Part shown: piece by piece, positions 13,349-28,472 of the stretch
How positions within the stretch are numbered: the first letter of the stretch is position 1
Layout: each line of letters opens with the position of its first letter
Origin: Eledone cirrhosa
Taxonomy: Eukaryota
Assembly (NCBI GenBank): GCA_964016885.1
Contig: OZ024745.1
Span: 74,152,001 to 74,216,000, forward strand
Direction: 5' to 3'
DNA: 64,000 nt
Notes under the pieces: generated by a model
The model's database searches: none
Seen by the model: only the letters and a program-made list of their open reading frames with translations
Told to the model about the DNA's origin: nothing
Made by a program: the position numbers and the translations under genes

Positions 13349-14798
13349 ATATGTTACTGAATCATTATAAGCCCTTTCTCAAACTAGATGTTACACCAGC
13401 CACCTGTCGTAAGTAATGGCATAGATGTAAAACTTACCGCACACAACATGTTACACCAAATCTCTCTCTGAACGAATAAAACAGAATGTGTAAAGCAAAG
13501 CATTAGAGAGACGGAGAGAGATTTGTTTTTTGGAGAGCGAAAGTATTACATCGTCTGTCTGTTATATCGCATACGAACAGACAGACAGATAGATAGACAC
13601 CAAACACAGGCAGAAGATAAGAATGGAAATAAGTTTGCCCTTTCTTCAAGAAATTGGTGATTATTTTATATTTCTCTCTTCTAAAACTAACTCTTGTTTT
13701 GAACTAAGCAATGATAATATCATGACAATAGCATAAATATTCCCTCCATTGATTTTTGTTTGTCAGGTCTGTGAGAAGGAATTTCTAGAAATATATAAAA
13801 CACTATTAACAATCAAAGATAAAAAGTGTTTCAGTGGAGAGAAATGAGGAAGATAAAAATAGCATATAACACACAAAAAGAAACAAAATTTGCTGAAAGA
13901 TGATAATGAACGAAGAAAGAGCGAAAAGAGACTGAAATATAGTGAAACCATTATTTTCAATTTTCGGCAGCCATAAATAACAAGTTTGATTAGAGAGCTC
14001 ACTTTCAATTATTCATTGTATACGAAGCTGAGAATTTTTTCACCTAACAGGAAAAATAAATGACTTTCTCAGTTTCTAGTTTTCTACGAATTGCTAAAGA
14101 AAATTTCTTGGAGTGACAAAATATCACACTACGTTCCTTTTCACTATATTTATTTAATATGTGTTAACATTTCTAAGCATATTTAATTAAGAAAGTCTTC
14201 AATGTAATGTTATTTGTGTTCGGAAATTAATCTAACTTATTCAAAATTTATTTGTTAAATATTTTATTTACTTTTGCGACTATTTTTAATTCAAAACAAT
14301 AAACCTAGTTCTCAGTTCGTTACTAGCGCATCTTGCTAAACAAGAAAGCATTGTAAATCACTGCACTGTATTATTATATGTCACACGTAAATTGCACTAG
14401 ATATGCACTACATTTTTGAAGAGAGACTTCGAAAGCAACCGTGAGTAAAACATAATCGTTTTCAATAAAAATAGGGCTTAATTACTATTCATATCAGGGA
14501 AGCACAGCACTTCATCACTATTCACGAATAACTCCCAAATTTATGGTCGTTTCATGTCGTAGGCATCAGAATTTATAATGACATTCATTGTGGCGAAACC
14601 TATATAGCCAGAAAGTACTTCACAAAAGTACTATGACAATGTACTACTCAAAAGAGAGTATTAATTAGTTAGTTATATTATTCTTGTTGTATGACCTGTG
14701 CACAATAATTAGAGGCAAGAAGAGACCGGTGAGCCAGTTAGTTGTATGAGATGGTTCATCTGTTAGAACACTGAACATTCTAGAAAAAATCCAAATGA

Positions 14799-14862
14799 TT
14801 ACCAATTGACCATTTGACCAATTGACCATTTGACCAATTGACCAATTGACCAATTGACCAAT
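14799..14862. repeat. 8-bp tandem repeat (TGACCAAT)n
   Basis: About 8 units visible. Confidence 0.85.
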
Positions 14863-15186
14863 ACGCTGCTACTTCGAAAATGTTCCAAGACGGCTACAGC
14901 TACAAGTAGATCAGCATGTGATCTTCTGTAACCTCTACCGATACTGCGAATGATCTTTGAACCAATGCCATGTCTTCTCTACAAACATCGGAATGAACAG
15001 TTTCAAACTGAACATCAACCACATTGGTGACATCGAACTGGAAAGGTCTGAACAACTATGAACAGTCTCTCTTACTCACACTAAAAATTTAATAACAAAA
15101 TAGAAAGGGAATCCAATAAATGAACTTTAACTGTGATGTGGATACTGTTCTTAATGCCTTCCTATTTTAGCCATAAATGTATATAA

Positions 15187-15570
15187 AGTAAAGACTCCCT
15201 TCAGTTAATAGTGTTTTTAATGCCACCCTATATTAGCCATAAATCTATATAAAGTAAAAACATGGGATTTGAACTTAGAAGGTTCCCCTCTGAGGCACAA
15301 GTCCGGCTAAGATTGTTTATGGAAGACTAGCAGTCGCCTATGCATTTCAGTTTCCCATCTTCATACCACCGATGTTGTCCAAGGGAGAGTCAAAGGCAGA
15401 TACAGCTTCACACCAGTGACGTCACAACTCTTTTCTACAGCTGAGTAAACTGGAGCAACACGAAATAAAGCGCTTTGCTTTATACACAACATACAACCCG
15501 ATCCTGGAATTGAACTCACAACCTCACGATTGTCAGCCCAACACTCTAACTACTAAGCCATGCGCCTTCA
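15187..15570 (-). mobile_element. tRNA-derived SINE (second family)
   Basis: Minus-strand tRNA-like head ggcgcatggcttagtagttagagtg...gagttcaattcc followed by body. Confidence 0.7.
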
Positions 15571-16204
15571 TAGGTCAAATACTCATAATGTAACTTTAGT
15601 GGGAAATATTGGCTTTCCAGGTAAACCTAAAAGTATTCCTCGAGAAAATAATACCAATGGCCGACAGCTAGGGGGAATGAATAACATAACATTTTTCGTG
15701 AAAACACAAAACATGTATCACTGTATCATATTGTTTAAAAATCCAAATTAGTTTCAAATGAGTCTTTTACAAAAAGGAAAATCTGCTCTTCATTATGAAC
15801 AGGAGCTTCCGACTCTATTGATGAATACGTCACCATTCCTTTCTTCCGTAATTGGATTCCAATCACCTCATACACTTTACATCTTCTTAGAGAGAACCAT
15901 CTACTCTATACCAACATGCAACAATTCCATTAACTAGTAATGAGTCCAGTGTGATTTTACCTTCGAGGGAGACGTCTATAAAATACTCTTATCAATAGCT
16001 AAATACTTATATGTCCAAGAGTTAATCCTTAGTGGACAAGATTGTTATTAAGTAGTTTTCGTTCCGTACACTGGCCATGGCTTAAAATACTATATTCAGC
16101 AAAGATTATTACAGTGAAACAAAAAACAAACAAAAAACAGCAATCGAAAAAGGAAAACCGAATATTTAAACAACTATTATCTACTATTGTTCTCAGAAAT
16201 GAAG

Positions 16205-16416
16205 ATGCTACTGAAAGCCGAGAGGACATCATGTGGATTGCGTTGATAAAGCTGGGAGAGATCCGAGAAGAAGCACTCTAGTCGTGCATCGAAAAGTGTA
16301 ACGATCGCTTGCCTTAGTGGATGCACAATTGGCCTACTTTAAAGGGGATTCGTAATTGTAAATACATAATTTATTTTCCCAGACTATAGTCGGATACTCT
16401 TTCGACAGACCTTGTT
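16205..16416 (+). mobile_element. Mariner 3'-end remnant
   Basis: Similar to 13165-13348; ends ggatactctttcgacagaccttgtta. Confidence 0.6.
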
Positions 16417-19400
16417 ACTAACGCACTGTACACACGTACATCGGCCACCTTGATTTATCTCTTTGACAATTGTCTGCTTGAAGATGTACTTAGATCATCG
16501 ACATTCTGCCCTAAGGAATTAATTAACAACATAGGTCGAAAAACTTAGTGTAGCTTCACAACATAATAGATTTGGAAGATCTTTCTATTGGCGCTGAGGA
16601 ATTTGATATTAATGAAATTAAAACAGACATTAGGAAATATAAACACGCAAAGTAGTTTAAGAGAATACAATTGCATCAAAGTAAAATTGACGTGGTTAAA
16701 ATAGATAATTAAAGGCTGAGATGTTATGTTTAATGGACATATATGACATGGTTGATCCATTTTGAAGAGGCTACGCGTCAGATAGTAATTCGTCAAAAAC
16801 ACTTGACCTACAAGAGCCATAGTTCTTCTTCTTCGATTCCTACATGGCGAATGGGAGGGGCTGTCCTCTCAACCAATATTCTGCTGCGGATGCCGCTGGA
16901 TGGTGGACTGCTACGATGATGTTCTTCCACGCTTTTCTATCTATGACGTTTCCCTTACACGGTGGAGGTCGAGGCGCTGTGATTTCAGGTCCTCCTGTAT
17001 TTGTTTCACCCATGTCTTTTACACCATGTATAAGTGCTACGAATCCTAATAAAACTTTTATGCGCAGTTTTCAATAATTTTCAGAATTTTTCAAAAGTGT
17101 CAACTATATCATATCATAGAATAACTGAATCCCTATAAATAGAAAAAATGATTAGAAATGTATTCGAACTAGCTTTCTTCCTATTCATGTATGCAGTATA
17201 ATCGACTAAGTCTCACCTACAAACGAAATAGGATCTCTGTATAACAGATTTCTGATATCTACTTCTTACTTTCAAAACGAATATTAAATTAAACCACGCG
17301 CTATTGCAGCTCTTTGCGTTATTCCAGTATATTACTTACTTTAGCATCGTCTTCAAAGAAGATTCTTTACCCATTTCTGCAGATGATTTCCGTCGCAAAC
17401 AATAATCTTATTTATCGAGACTTGCATTCCTCGATCATGTTAGAGGCAAGCTGAACCGGAATATGCAATACTTCAATTCACACGGATTTCTTTCGTCATA
17501 GTATCTATCCTAATGGTATTTTAAAAAAGACATTAATCAACAAGCCACAGTCAATAAACTATGATTCTACCTCATGTAATTCAGGCACCGCGAAAACTTA
17601 CCCTACAAAATAATTTATCTAGAATTATCAAGAAAGTACGTGATTAGTCATATTTACTATCTTGCTGGTGAAGTTCTACTGCTAAAATATAGCTATAACT
17701 TCGATTATTTTTTTTAAGCTAATCAATGACTGCTCTATTTTTTCCTTCGTTTTTACCATTATAAAACACCATCTATGCTGTTATTGGATGTAGAGATGGA
17801 CATTATTTTCTGTTGTATATATTCACATACTTATCATACACACTGGATAATATATGATGTAGAATATATTTATATATTTTAATAATATTCTATGGCCAAT
17901 TTGGGTATGGAGCGTGTCGGACATGATAAGGTAAACTCGAGTATCGATTTATGAAATTAATGTCATGTTTCAATAACCAAAATACTATGCTCATAAACAG
18001 AACCATATATATATATGTAATATATGGAAATAGTGAGCTAAAAGGAAATTACAAACATAACCTGAATGATATCTAAGACTTAAGTTATAAAATTTTGAGT
18101 GTTTATAATTTTTCCTTTTAGTTATTCAATGTTTTCTTCCTAAATCTGAATGCAAATATCGTGAATATGCATAAATGATTGAATAAAATATTATTTGTGA
18201 ACTTTTTAAAAAATTATTTTAATGAGCTATATATAAAGTTCGTTTATAAAAGTTTTAATCGTAAAAACAAAATTATCTCCTGCAAAAAATGTTTTGGCAT
18301 GTGACATGCAAGTAAATAGAGATATTTAATTAGGTATTTTCTTGGAATTTAATAAGATTGTAAACATTGAAAGTTAAACGCATATGCTCCGTTGCATCTT
18401 GTATTAAAACTCTTGTGGATTACATGAATAATCCTTAAGAATTTCAATCTGATGGGAGTTTCTTCCGGCTTCTTAAGTACAAGAATTTGAAGGTAATTTA
18501 GGACACTCTATTACACATAAACACACTATCAGACATATTCCCTTGCATTTATAGAACTTCACTTCTTTGTTTCTACTTAATTAGTAACAGTTGACCTCAA
18601 GACAAAACAAAATAATAATACAAATTAAAGCAACGCTCTATTTGTGATTTTAACCTAATTCTCCGAAGATTACTTTGCTTTTTAAGAACACTAATTGATA
18701 ATTGATTTCATTAAACGAAGAAAAACTAATTAAATATCAGATCTAACATTGATTTTCTTTTAATAAATAATGATTTCTAACATTGGTCCAAAGTCAAAAA
18801 TTTGTAGTGGGGGCGGTGAGATTTGGCTATGTAACTATACACTGTAGACTCTAGTTTGGTACTCTACCGTTTCTTTCACTCAACCGCCTTTACGCAGATA
18901 ATTAATAAACTTATAGAAAAATATATAATAATCTTATAAAATTTAATGAACCTATTAAAAAAGCCTCTACTTGATTTAATGAAGAAGCAAAGTTACTAAC
19001 ATAATCTTGGCCAATGCCGGACGAATCATTACCTAGTTTATTTTTAATTTTGTTTACGTTGTTAATTGGAGAATTTGGTTTAAAACGTTCCTTCATATTA
19101 CTGTGTAGTCAATGGAGGTTCCGTGATAAAATGTTTCCCTGCTATTTGCTTTGACTTTCATTACTGAGAGCAAAATATATATGTTCTTCAAGAAGTTGTT
19201 ATACAAGATAATTTTTTTTTTTTCACAATATCTGTTAAAATCGATATTTGGCAAATTAACGAAACCTCTGCAAAAGCTACGGTTAAAAAAAAACTTATAC
19301 TAAATCTTAAACGAAACATCTTATCGGTAAATATACTTTTCAATCTAGTTAATAGCAAATATACTAGTAATAGTTATATTTGGCATCTTGCTTCACCAAG

Positions 19401-20281
19401 ACCAAGACTAATCACCGACAGAACTTCTGTTCTACCTAAGGACATCATAAATGTGTAAATAACACACAAAACAACTCTACAAAACGTCTGAGCAGGTGGC
19501 AGCACATTCTTTCAAGTATACCCTGCTGGAAGTCTGTAATTCAGCAACATCTATGTGAATCACATACAATACAAAACAGCTGTGTACGCAAATAAATATT
19601 GCCTACATCATCTGGAAGAAATCTATCCTAGCTTACTGGGAAGTATTCAACTATTATTTAAACTCCATTAAGACCGCTTAAAAATTCTTTCATACAATGC
19701 ATATTCTGCAAGGTCAAAACATTCGGCTTCTGAACGAATTACTCATAAGGACAAAGAAACCAGAGTCATTTCTTTCTTTCTTTCTAAAGAGTAAGCATTC
19801 AGAAAACAAATTCCTTTTCGGACTCAGCTTTTTTTTATCCTTTTAGCTTGCTCATCATGTAAACAGCGTAACCAATTGCAGATGCTTGTACACAATGACT
19901 TCATTTTAACAATACAGACGATCATAGGAATGTTTCTGCTATAAATCGCAACAATTATACACCCGAGCTAACTGCTATTATTATCAAACTATTCTGTCTT
20001 TCGCTAAGGAGTATATACCCTAATTTATGGAAATACACAACAATGTGTCCCATCTTCAAATTGCCAACATCTCGGATACAAACATTTATCAATTTATTGC
20101 TCTCATTTCTGCTACCCAAATCGTTTAGAGATATCCGAAAAAAATTCACAATAACGCGCTACCATCATTATTCACTCTCATTCATATGCTTGTCTCCTGT
20201 TTATATTTAACCAACACTACGGGACCCAAGTTTGTCGACCTCATGGTGGGCTCTGGAAATGTATCATTCATATACAAGATG

Positions 20282-20565
20282 TGGAGGCGCGTGGCCTAGT
20301 GGTAAGGGTGTTGGACTTACGATCATAATGTCGTGGGTTCGATTCCTTGACTGAGTTGTGTGTTGTATTCTTGAAAAAAACACTTCATTTCGCGTTGCTC
20401 CAGGATTCTCAGCTGAAAATCAGCACCAGCAATAGCCGGGAATTTAACCTTCCCATGGACTGGTATCCTATCCAGGGAGGAATCATGTACTTTCAGTCGC
20501 TTCACACTACGAAACCGGGATAAGTACCGACCTAACGAGCCTTCGAGCTTAAGACAGACTTTAGA
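20282..20565 (+). mobile_element. tRNA-derived SINE (V/MIR-like body); partial copy at 29588-29790
   Basis: A box tggcctagtgg, B box ggttcgattcc, tail gtcgcttcacactacgaaaccggga. Confidence 0.75.
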
Positions 20566-21728
20566 CATGTGCAAGAAGAAAAACCAATATTACAATCGTT
20601 TTTGATAGTCAGTATTTGTAAATTGTGTATCAGCCGAATCTAAATCTATTCTACTAATCTGCAATTTCTACTTTCCATCTTTACTATAGCATTTTCTTAG
20701 ACTTTGAAACGACTTTTTTCAGTCTTTTTTCCTCAAATTGAACCTCCTGTCCCCAAACCTCATACAACTTTCTCATGAATTACAGATAAACATGAAGTGA
20801 ATTAAATCATTAGTCTCAGAGACCATTCTTTAGATATGGGCGCTGTTTGCCTTTTTCAGAAGACATTCATTTTAACGATTAAGAAAAGAACAACTTTACA
20901 TAATAATGAATCAGAATATAAAACCCGTTTCTATTAAAGTTTTCGTGCTTATGGTATCAATCAAATGCTATTTGTGTAAACTAAATGAAGATAGGGATTC
21001 GTATATGCAGTGGTTATCTTTCAAGTTGTTAAAAATAAACTGAATTGCATCAGGAAATGAGAATTCAATAGAAAAGTTGGAACATTACGTGTTTATGCAA
21101 TGCAGTGGTTTTTCCTTGATATTAAGATGGTTGTTCAAAACAGGAGCAATACAAATTATGTATCGGTGTTATCTGAAGCAATAAAGAATATATACTTCAT
21201 CGATCATAAATCAATAATACTATATCGTAATAGAAAGGGTATTTTTTTTTATCTAATGTGAGTTCGTATTCAGGAAATGTTTACAAAATTAATCCCACCA
21301 ATATGGCTACTACTGCCTAGGTTTCCCATAATTAGTTCACTGTGATGACTATATTGTTGTCGAAAGGTTTCGATTCGAATTCTGAAACTCACATAATTTA
21401 TTAATTAATTTTATATAAGAATGTATATTTAGTTTTTATATAAAATAATCCTAGGCTCTAGGTTTTGACTTCATTGGATGTTAATAAGTTCGGTTGCAAC
21501 CGCAACCAGTTACGCCCTTTCAGTCAAACAGTTACAACGTATAACAGTTAACAACTACAATAGATCACCAGAGGTGTTAGTAGTTAATTAGTGTACGAGA
21601 ACTAATCAACCGCCATATATGTTTAATACCCACCATCGTGTGTTATGTGAACAATTCACCAGTAACCGAGATATTGTGTAAGCATGTTATATCTCTCAGC
21701 GAAGAATTGTTCAATATTATTAACAATA

Positions 21729-21950
21729 GGGGTGGTGGATTGGCAGTATCAGTGGAGCGTCGAACAACATGCTTTATGGCATAGAGTTACGGTCGTTTAT
21801 GATCAGAGTTCAAATCTTACCGAGGTTAGCTTCACCTTTCATCCGTACGGGGTCAATAAAATAAAATACCAGTAATGCACTGGGGTCGATTTAATCGACT
21901 TACCCCTTCCCCAAAAATTGTTGGCCTTGTGCCTGAACCAGAAACCAATA
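21729..21950 (+). mobile_element. Nin-like SINE
   Basis: Matches family consensus. Confidence 0.8.
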
Positions 21951-24610
21951 TTATTAACAGTAAGAGCAAAAGGAAAAGTGTAACGTTTTAATAAGCCAAA
22001 TTAATATTTTGAAGCTTTACAGGAATAAATAATATTCATTTGATCAAGACACTCCTGTTAAATATCAGAAATGTTGATCAAAACCATTCTCTTAAATATC
22101 AGAAATCTTGAGGACTCATAATACGTCCAATATATTTTATTACTAACTAGAAGCTTTTCACTTGATATCCAATAATTTTACGCACGCATATACACGCGCA
22201 TAAAATTACGAATCGTGATACAAGCTACATGATTGCAAATGTCTCGTACAGTAGTAGCTATGTTTATGCACGGGCTTTAGAGTAGTTGTCAGCTCGCGAA
22301 AAATCAGGTTTGCGATATGTTTATTAACTGTGTTTCAACCATTTCATTTCTGAACACATTGTAACGGGAAAATGCGAGAAAATGATTTCTGCCCTGTCGA
22401 AATATCCATGGTTTATCACACGAAGTTCAAATATCCTCTTCTGAACCATCGAACAATTAAAATTTGCACTACGGTTTTCTGTCAATTACTTCTAGCGAAA
22501 AACATTAAGTGTTTAAAGGTATGTTGTTTTGCTTGTATTTTAAAAGTAATAGTTTATTGATTGTAAAAGAAAAGAAGGAATGAAATGTGATGTGAGATCC
22601 AAAGCCATAAGAAAGAGACATAACAAGATTTGGAAAATCATTTAATCTTGTAGTTAAATGATGAGAGGTGGCTAAAAAAATATTTATTCGTTAAAATTAT
22701 GCTCATGTGGAGGAGAAAACGCCATTAATATAATGATTATTTCAAGTAAAGAAAAGTGAAGTCAGTTCTGAATGGGAGCAAACAGTATGTAATGAATCTT
22801 TTGTTTGGAAAGTACTCTGCGAAAGATAATGTTTCCAATTCTACCGGAAACTAAATGAATGGAAAGATACAAATATTTTCTGATGTTGTTTCGGTAGTTC
22901 AGACCTCCTTAATTACACGTGGTATTATTTGCACTTACACTATCTTAGATAGCTGAGAGAATAGAAAAGGTTTTGAGTATAAAAGCATTGATAACTATAA
23001 TAACTCAAAATCTTTATATTCTCACTAGTTTCTGTTAAAACTGGTAAAACTATGCTTTACCGGGACAGTTTTATAAGAGTGAAATATGTCCAGAATTGTC
23101 TCGGTATTTGTCCAAGATCTGCATGATCCATTTTGATATCCGATTTGGTATCCCGACATTACATATAATATGATGAGCACAAACACGTTGAGGCTGAAAC
23201 ACCTACAGCGATTTCGGAGTGATTGCGTTGTTTGTAAGGCAGTCTACTACAAGGCAGTTCTGGAGTTATAATACTTCACTGTGGGAGCGGAGAGGAGGCC
23301 AATGTCATTTGAGAACTTTCTTTTCAAAAGAAGAGGAAAAACGAAAGTAAAATGAGGATAGAGAACAACAACAGAGGTAGTAATAACAATATGTATCAGA
23401 GGTGAAAAACATGACTGCTGCTACCGCGGTTTCTATTTCATTAGTCACAGCTCGAAAGATAACCAGATTGAAAGCATACCGTCACCGAATGTTAGATGTA
23501 TTGTGTAATATGTCATATCATTTAATAGATGTTTTTGTAATAGTATTACGTCTCCTGAATTTTACTGTATAATACTCAAGTCCAATACAAAAAAATCAAT
23601 ATGTTATAGCTGGCTCTGCTAATGTATTGGTGGCTCTAGGGGTGTCTTCGTTGTTGAGACTAGGTTTTAATACATTTTGTCCTGTCAATTTGACATACTT
23701 GATTTGGACACCACCAATAAACAACAATAAACGCTTGAAAATTGACAGAACTTACGGAGCGATATTCAAATACGTCTTGGCAGACCAAACAATAATAATA
23801 ATAATATTAATAAAAATAATAATATTTTTGAAAGACGCAATGTTTCAGCAGATAAAGAATCAAGGTACTAGAATTTGTTCTTAAGGGAGATACTTATCCT
23901 CACTTGCCTTCGGCTTTGCAGTTAATTCAGAAACCATACATTTAGACATATATACGTAGATACATTACAGAAATTATATCTACAAATACATATTCTTGTA
24001 GCAACTATTCACATATATGTATACATTTATTTACAAAAAGAAAGAAAGAGCATAAATGCAATATTGCCAATCCAATGCGTATATATGCGTATATATTACA
24101 TATATTTCCGAAACATATAGTTCCGTTTTAAAACAAAAAAATATTATAACACTTCTTATTCATGCTTGTTGTTTTAGACATTTTTATTAGACATTTGTTT
24201 TAGACATTTTTATCTTTATAGCCCACAGTTTAGAAGTTGAAACTGATGTTCAGTTTGGTTTTATTCATGTTGTTTTATTTCCTCGTGAGAGAGAGAGAGA
24301 AAAAACGCAATATTTACTAGCGGCTGTTTATTACAGAATGTAATTATAGTTTTGCAATAATTAGCGTTTGGTATTTGAAAATTCACATTTTTCTTTTCGA
24401 GAAAGTATTGTAAGTACATTATCAATTATCACCATAACGCAGAGGAAAAAAATATTAACATTTATTTCAAAACTAAATTCAATTAGTAACTATTCTATAA
24501 ATGCCAGTGAGGTTGTTCAGGAATTATATAAAAGAGTGATATGTTTGTCTTGAGCTGTGGTATCTAAGTTTAGGAAAGGAACGTTCATCTGCGTAGGAAT
24601 CTAGCTGAGA

Positions 24611-24660
<50 letters not shown>

Positions 24661-25164
24661 GAGAGAGAAAGAGAGAAAGAGAGAAAGAAAGAGAGAGAGA
24701 GCGACAGAGAGAGAAAGAGATAGATAGGAGGGAGCGAGAGATTAAAAGGATAGCAAAAGAAGAAATATCAGTGGATATCTTCCTTGATGGCAGTGTTTAT
24801 AAACCCCAGATTTAAATATATTTTAAGCATATTAATATTTCAGCATATTAATATTTCAGCAAGTTATGGTTAGTCTGTACTTCACTGAAAAGGTCTAACA
24901 TAACGGAGTTGTCTCAACAAATAATTTTCATTGACCACATACTTACGATCACCAACTTAACTCTTTAAACATACATTCATATTATTTATTGTTTTTTGTT
25001 TTTGTTTTTTTCTTCTCAACGATGTCATAAACACGTTTTGCCTTTCTTTTCATGAATTTGAACTCTGCATCTAGCATTCGCGTGACTGGGTCGACCTTCA
25101 CACCACTTTCAATAGTGTTTTGCTTTAAGATTTTTCTTTGATATATATATATATATATATATAT

Positions 25165-25564
25165 AATTACAAGAAACGAAGCGAGCTGTGTGGTTACTGT
25201 AAACAAGGTTTAAGATGGTAATATGGATGAAACAAGAAAAGGGCCCTTCGTCAGCTGTTAACTGCAGTTCATAGATGTTTCGGCGCTTAAAACAGGACAT
25301 GAAAAGCGATCAGCAGCGCGCCCAAGGCCTTTTGTCGATCACAAGGCCATGATGGAAAGAAAAGAAAAAATAGTGAGGAGAGAGGAAGAAAGAGGAAAAA
25401 ACGAAGTAAACAAACCGAATAGAAGGGGGGACACAGGACAATGGAACATGCAAGTGAGTAACCGAGGAAAAAATAGAATAAGTTACAACGAACCGATTAG
25501 ACTTAAGTCTTGTGGTGCAACAACTAGGAGGGATGTAGTTCCGTGCAATCTCAACAGAGTGAGG

Positions 25565-25631
<67 letters not shown>

Positions 25632-25920
25632 CGAAGCAACTGGAAGTGAGAGGGAGAAGGGAAAGGGAGATAATCCAATAGAGTTTTACATGTGTGAAAA
25701 CGATCGAAACCAGATGAGTTTTACATGTGAGAAACATGTCGTAAACGATCGAAAACGAGCAGATGGATAGAGAGAGAGAGGAGGGAGGGGGAGCGAGAGA
25801 GAGAAGGAGAGAGTCGATATGAAACCGTAGTGGGACCATAAATCAAGCAAAACAGGTAGAGGAGATCACAGCGGTAAATACAAAATTACAAGAAACGAAG
25901 CGAGCTGTGTGGTTACTGTA
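25165..25920 (-). mobile_element. Terminally redundant (37-bp direct repeat) non-coding element abutting (TA)n, with permuted HHR-like core
   Basis: aattacaagaaacgaagcgagctgtgtggttactgta at 25165-25201 and 25884-25920; minus strand gccGAAAcat...cagCTGACGAaggg. Confidence 0.55.
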
Positions 25921-28411
25921 TTTTTCAGGATTTCATTGATTGTCTTTATATTTGCACAAGCACAATATATAAATATTGCTGAATTTGAACTCAAAACCGT
26001 TATTTTAAAACAAAGAATATTAATATTCTAATCCAATACCATTAACGCTTTACTCCGGGTTTATAATGTTGTCGTAGAGAATTTATACTGGTGGTTAACT
26101 TAATTAAAATTAATTAGTCAGTAACACAAATTACTCGTACATGTGCACTTTACCTATATATAATACATATTTGCAGATAGATGAACTAAGCACATTGTTG
26201 ATGACAGAATACGAATTCCCAATATTTGGTCTTGTAGTCTGAGTTCTTATAAATTTAGGATAACTTTGGTATACGATATACGAAAGACGTTGTTAACCAA
26301 ATTAACTCCAGTTTGTGTACCTTCACCTGCACTGAGCTGTAACTTGAAATGGCCTATACTACCTAGTTGTACATAAATACTGGAGACTTTCAGCTATCAG
26401 CTTCAAGTAATTTGTTAACTTCTAGTACAAAGCTCAACTCCTTTTGCTAGTATTTCAAAATACCCTTCTATGCTAAGTTTGGTGCTTACTCTAACAGCTT
26501 TTTGGCTTTTGATACTCACAATCACCACCAAGAGATATTTTATTTACAAGCTAATAGTAACTAGAGTTGGTTACAGACAAAGTTGAAACTACTAGGTACA
26601 AATTGCTCTATGGTCCTATAAGAATTAGTCTTTAGATAAATAAATAATTCATTGGATAAATAAATATATATAATTATTGCCTAGGCGCAAGACCTAACAT
26701 TTATAAGAGACGCGAAATAAGAATGGGTTATGCTTCTTACAGAACGTTACCGTTATTCTGAGCATCATCATCATCATTTAGATAATGCACCGCCCTTCAA
26801 ATAAGTGATCACTTCTTATACCTAGTGACAGGGTTATTTGTTTAGGAAGTGTTGGGGTGTCAAATTCGCGCATTTTAACAAAAGGTAGAACCCAGGACTA
26901 TTACAGTATTTAGTTTCAAATCTTTAGATTTTGAACCCGTATCCCTACCGTCATTGCTCTTTTTCTCTTCTTTACCTTTCTTAAATAACTAGCGTGCACT
27001 AAGATTGATTCAATATCTTATTCCTGCAAGCAATAACAGATAGACATTCGCTATAATACAGTTTGTCGTATATTAACAATAGACTGCATATAGAATTAAA
27101 TATTATTTTATAGTTAAACTCCCAATTGTCAACTTTTTCCGTTTCTCCACGGTGATAATGACATTCTCTTGAAAATCGATGCAATATTTCATCCTAACAC
27201 AGTTTAGAAACAAAGCAAACTAAACATGTGATTTTCGTGTCTTACGTTCGAGCTGTTAATGTTTCAAAATAATAATCTTCCACAATGAGTGCTATATTAT
27301 GGTAGCATATGGTTTGATGGCTAGAATTTCCCATGAATAAAAAGGAAATTATACTGTTCCTGCTGAGTGTCGATATAGTTTTCGATTCTTTAAACTGGAT
27401 AGAAATAGATAAATTGGAGCAAGAAGTGAAGGTTGTTTTGGAAAATATGTGTTATTAACTATTTTTGATGGGAATATTTAAGGTTGTATTTCTCTGCGTG
27501 CAATTACATTAATCTATGCGTTGCTTTCTAAAACAAATTATCGTTGAGGTTGCATTCATACAGCAAATATATGCGGTTGTGTAAATATATGATGCGTACA
27601 CGACAGCGAAAAGATATTCTGAAACCAATATATCCTATTGTATGCATCACGAATCTCATTAAAACAATTATTATGAATGCAATTAAATCAATTTATGGAA
27701 CAAGTCTCCCTGAAAAAGGTTGAATTCGAAATTTAAATTTTCAAAATTCTATTTCATGACAATCAGAAATGTTAATTTAAGTCAATTTCTAGTTGTTTTA
27801 TCAAATCTGTGGTTCGCATTACTTAATCTATATCAGATTTAAAGTTTGTATGTTTATAATGATGTTCTCCTGGACCCGAAGTGGTTAAACCCTTAATAAA
27901 ATATAACTGACATCATTTCTACCTTACTCTATGTTTTGTATTTCTCTCTATATTCCACCTCTACTTTTTCACGCATACACAAAATCACATACACTCAAAC
28001 ACACACATACACAAACAATCACACATACATATATAAGACAGAGGGAAAGACTTGAGTGTATGTATGTATATATGAAAAATGATGAGAACCAACAGTCAAA
28101 TCGGACGAAGGAAAGTATAATATTTCCATTGGTCGTTTCTGCTATTGATACTAACTGCCGGTCGCAAACTATAATTCTACTTGATCGGCGATCGGTGCTA
28201 AACTACGGACGGAATCAAATTCCCGTTACTTAAATTTAGACCCTAGTTCCAGAAAGGCATTATACGGAAATGTTTAGAATGTATTTATTCATTTATTACT
28301 TATTTTTAAATTAGTGATATCTATAAATGGGTGATTAATACTATAATTTTTAAGGGAGAGTAAAATAGTAGTTATGAAAATGGTGTTCTACGGCATCTAG
28401 ATATATATATG

Positions 28412-28437
28412 TAGCTGACGTACCTAGCTTCGCTTGG
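28412..28437 (-). mobile_element. Helitron-type 3' terminus
   Basis: tagctgacgtacctagcttcgcttgg resembles the reverse of a ccgagcgaagccgggtac...ctag Helitron end. Confidence 0.5.
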
Positions 28438-28472
28438 ATAAACAGACGATAAGCCGTCTGTGTAGCATAGTG

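Noticed and set aside
20282-20350. tRNA gene
   Set aside because: The tRNA-like head runs into a SINE body and lacks a proper acceptor stem
16500-24500. Host exons in the repeat-poorer AT-rich stretch
   Set aside because: No recognisable coding or splice pattern; short exons cannot be excluded without transcript data
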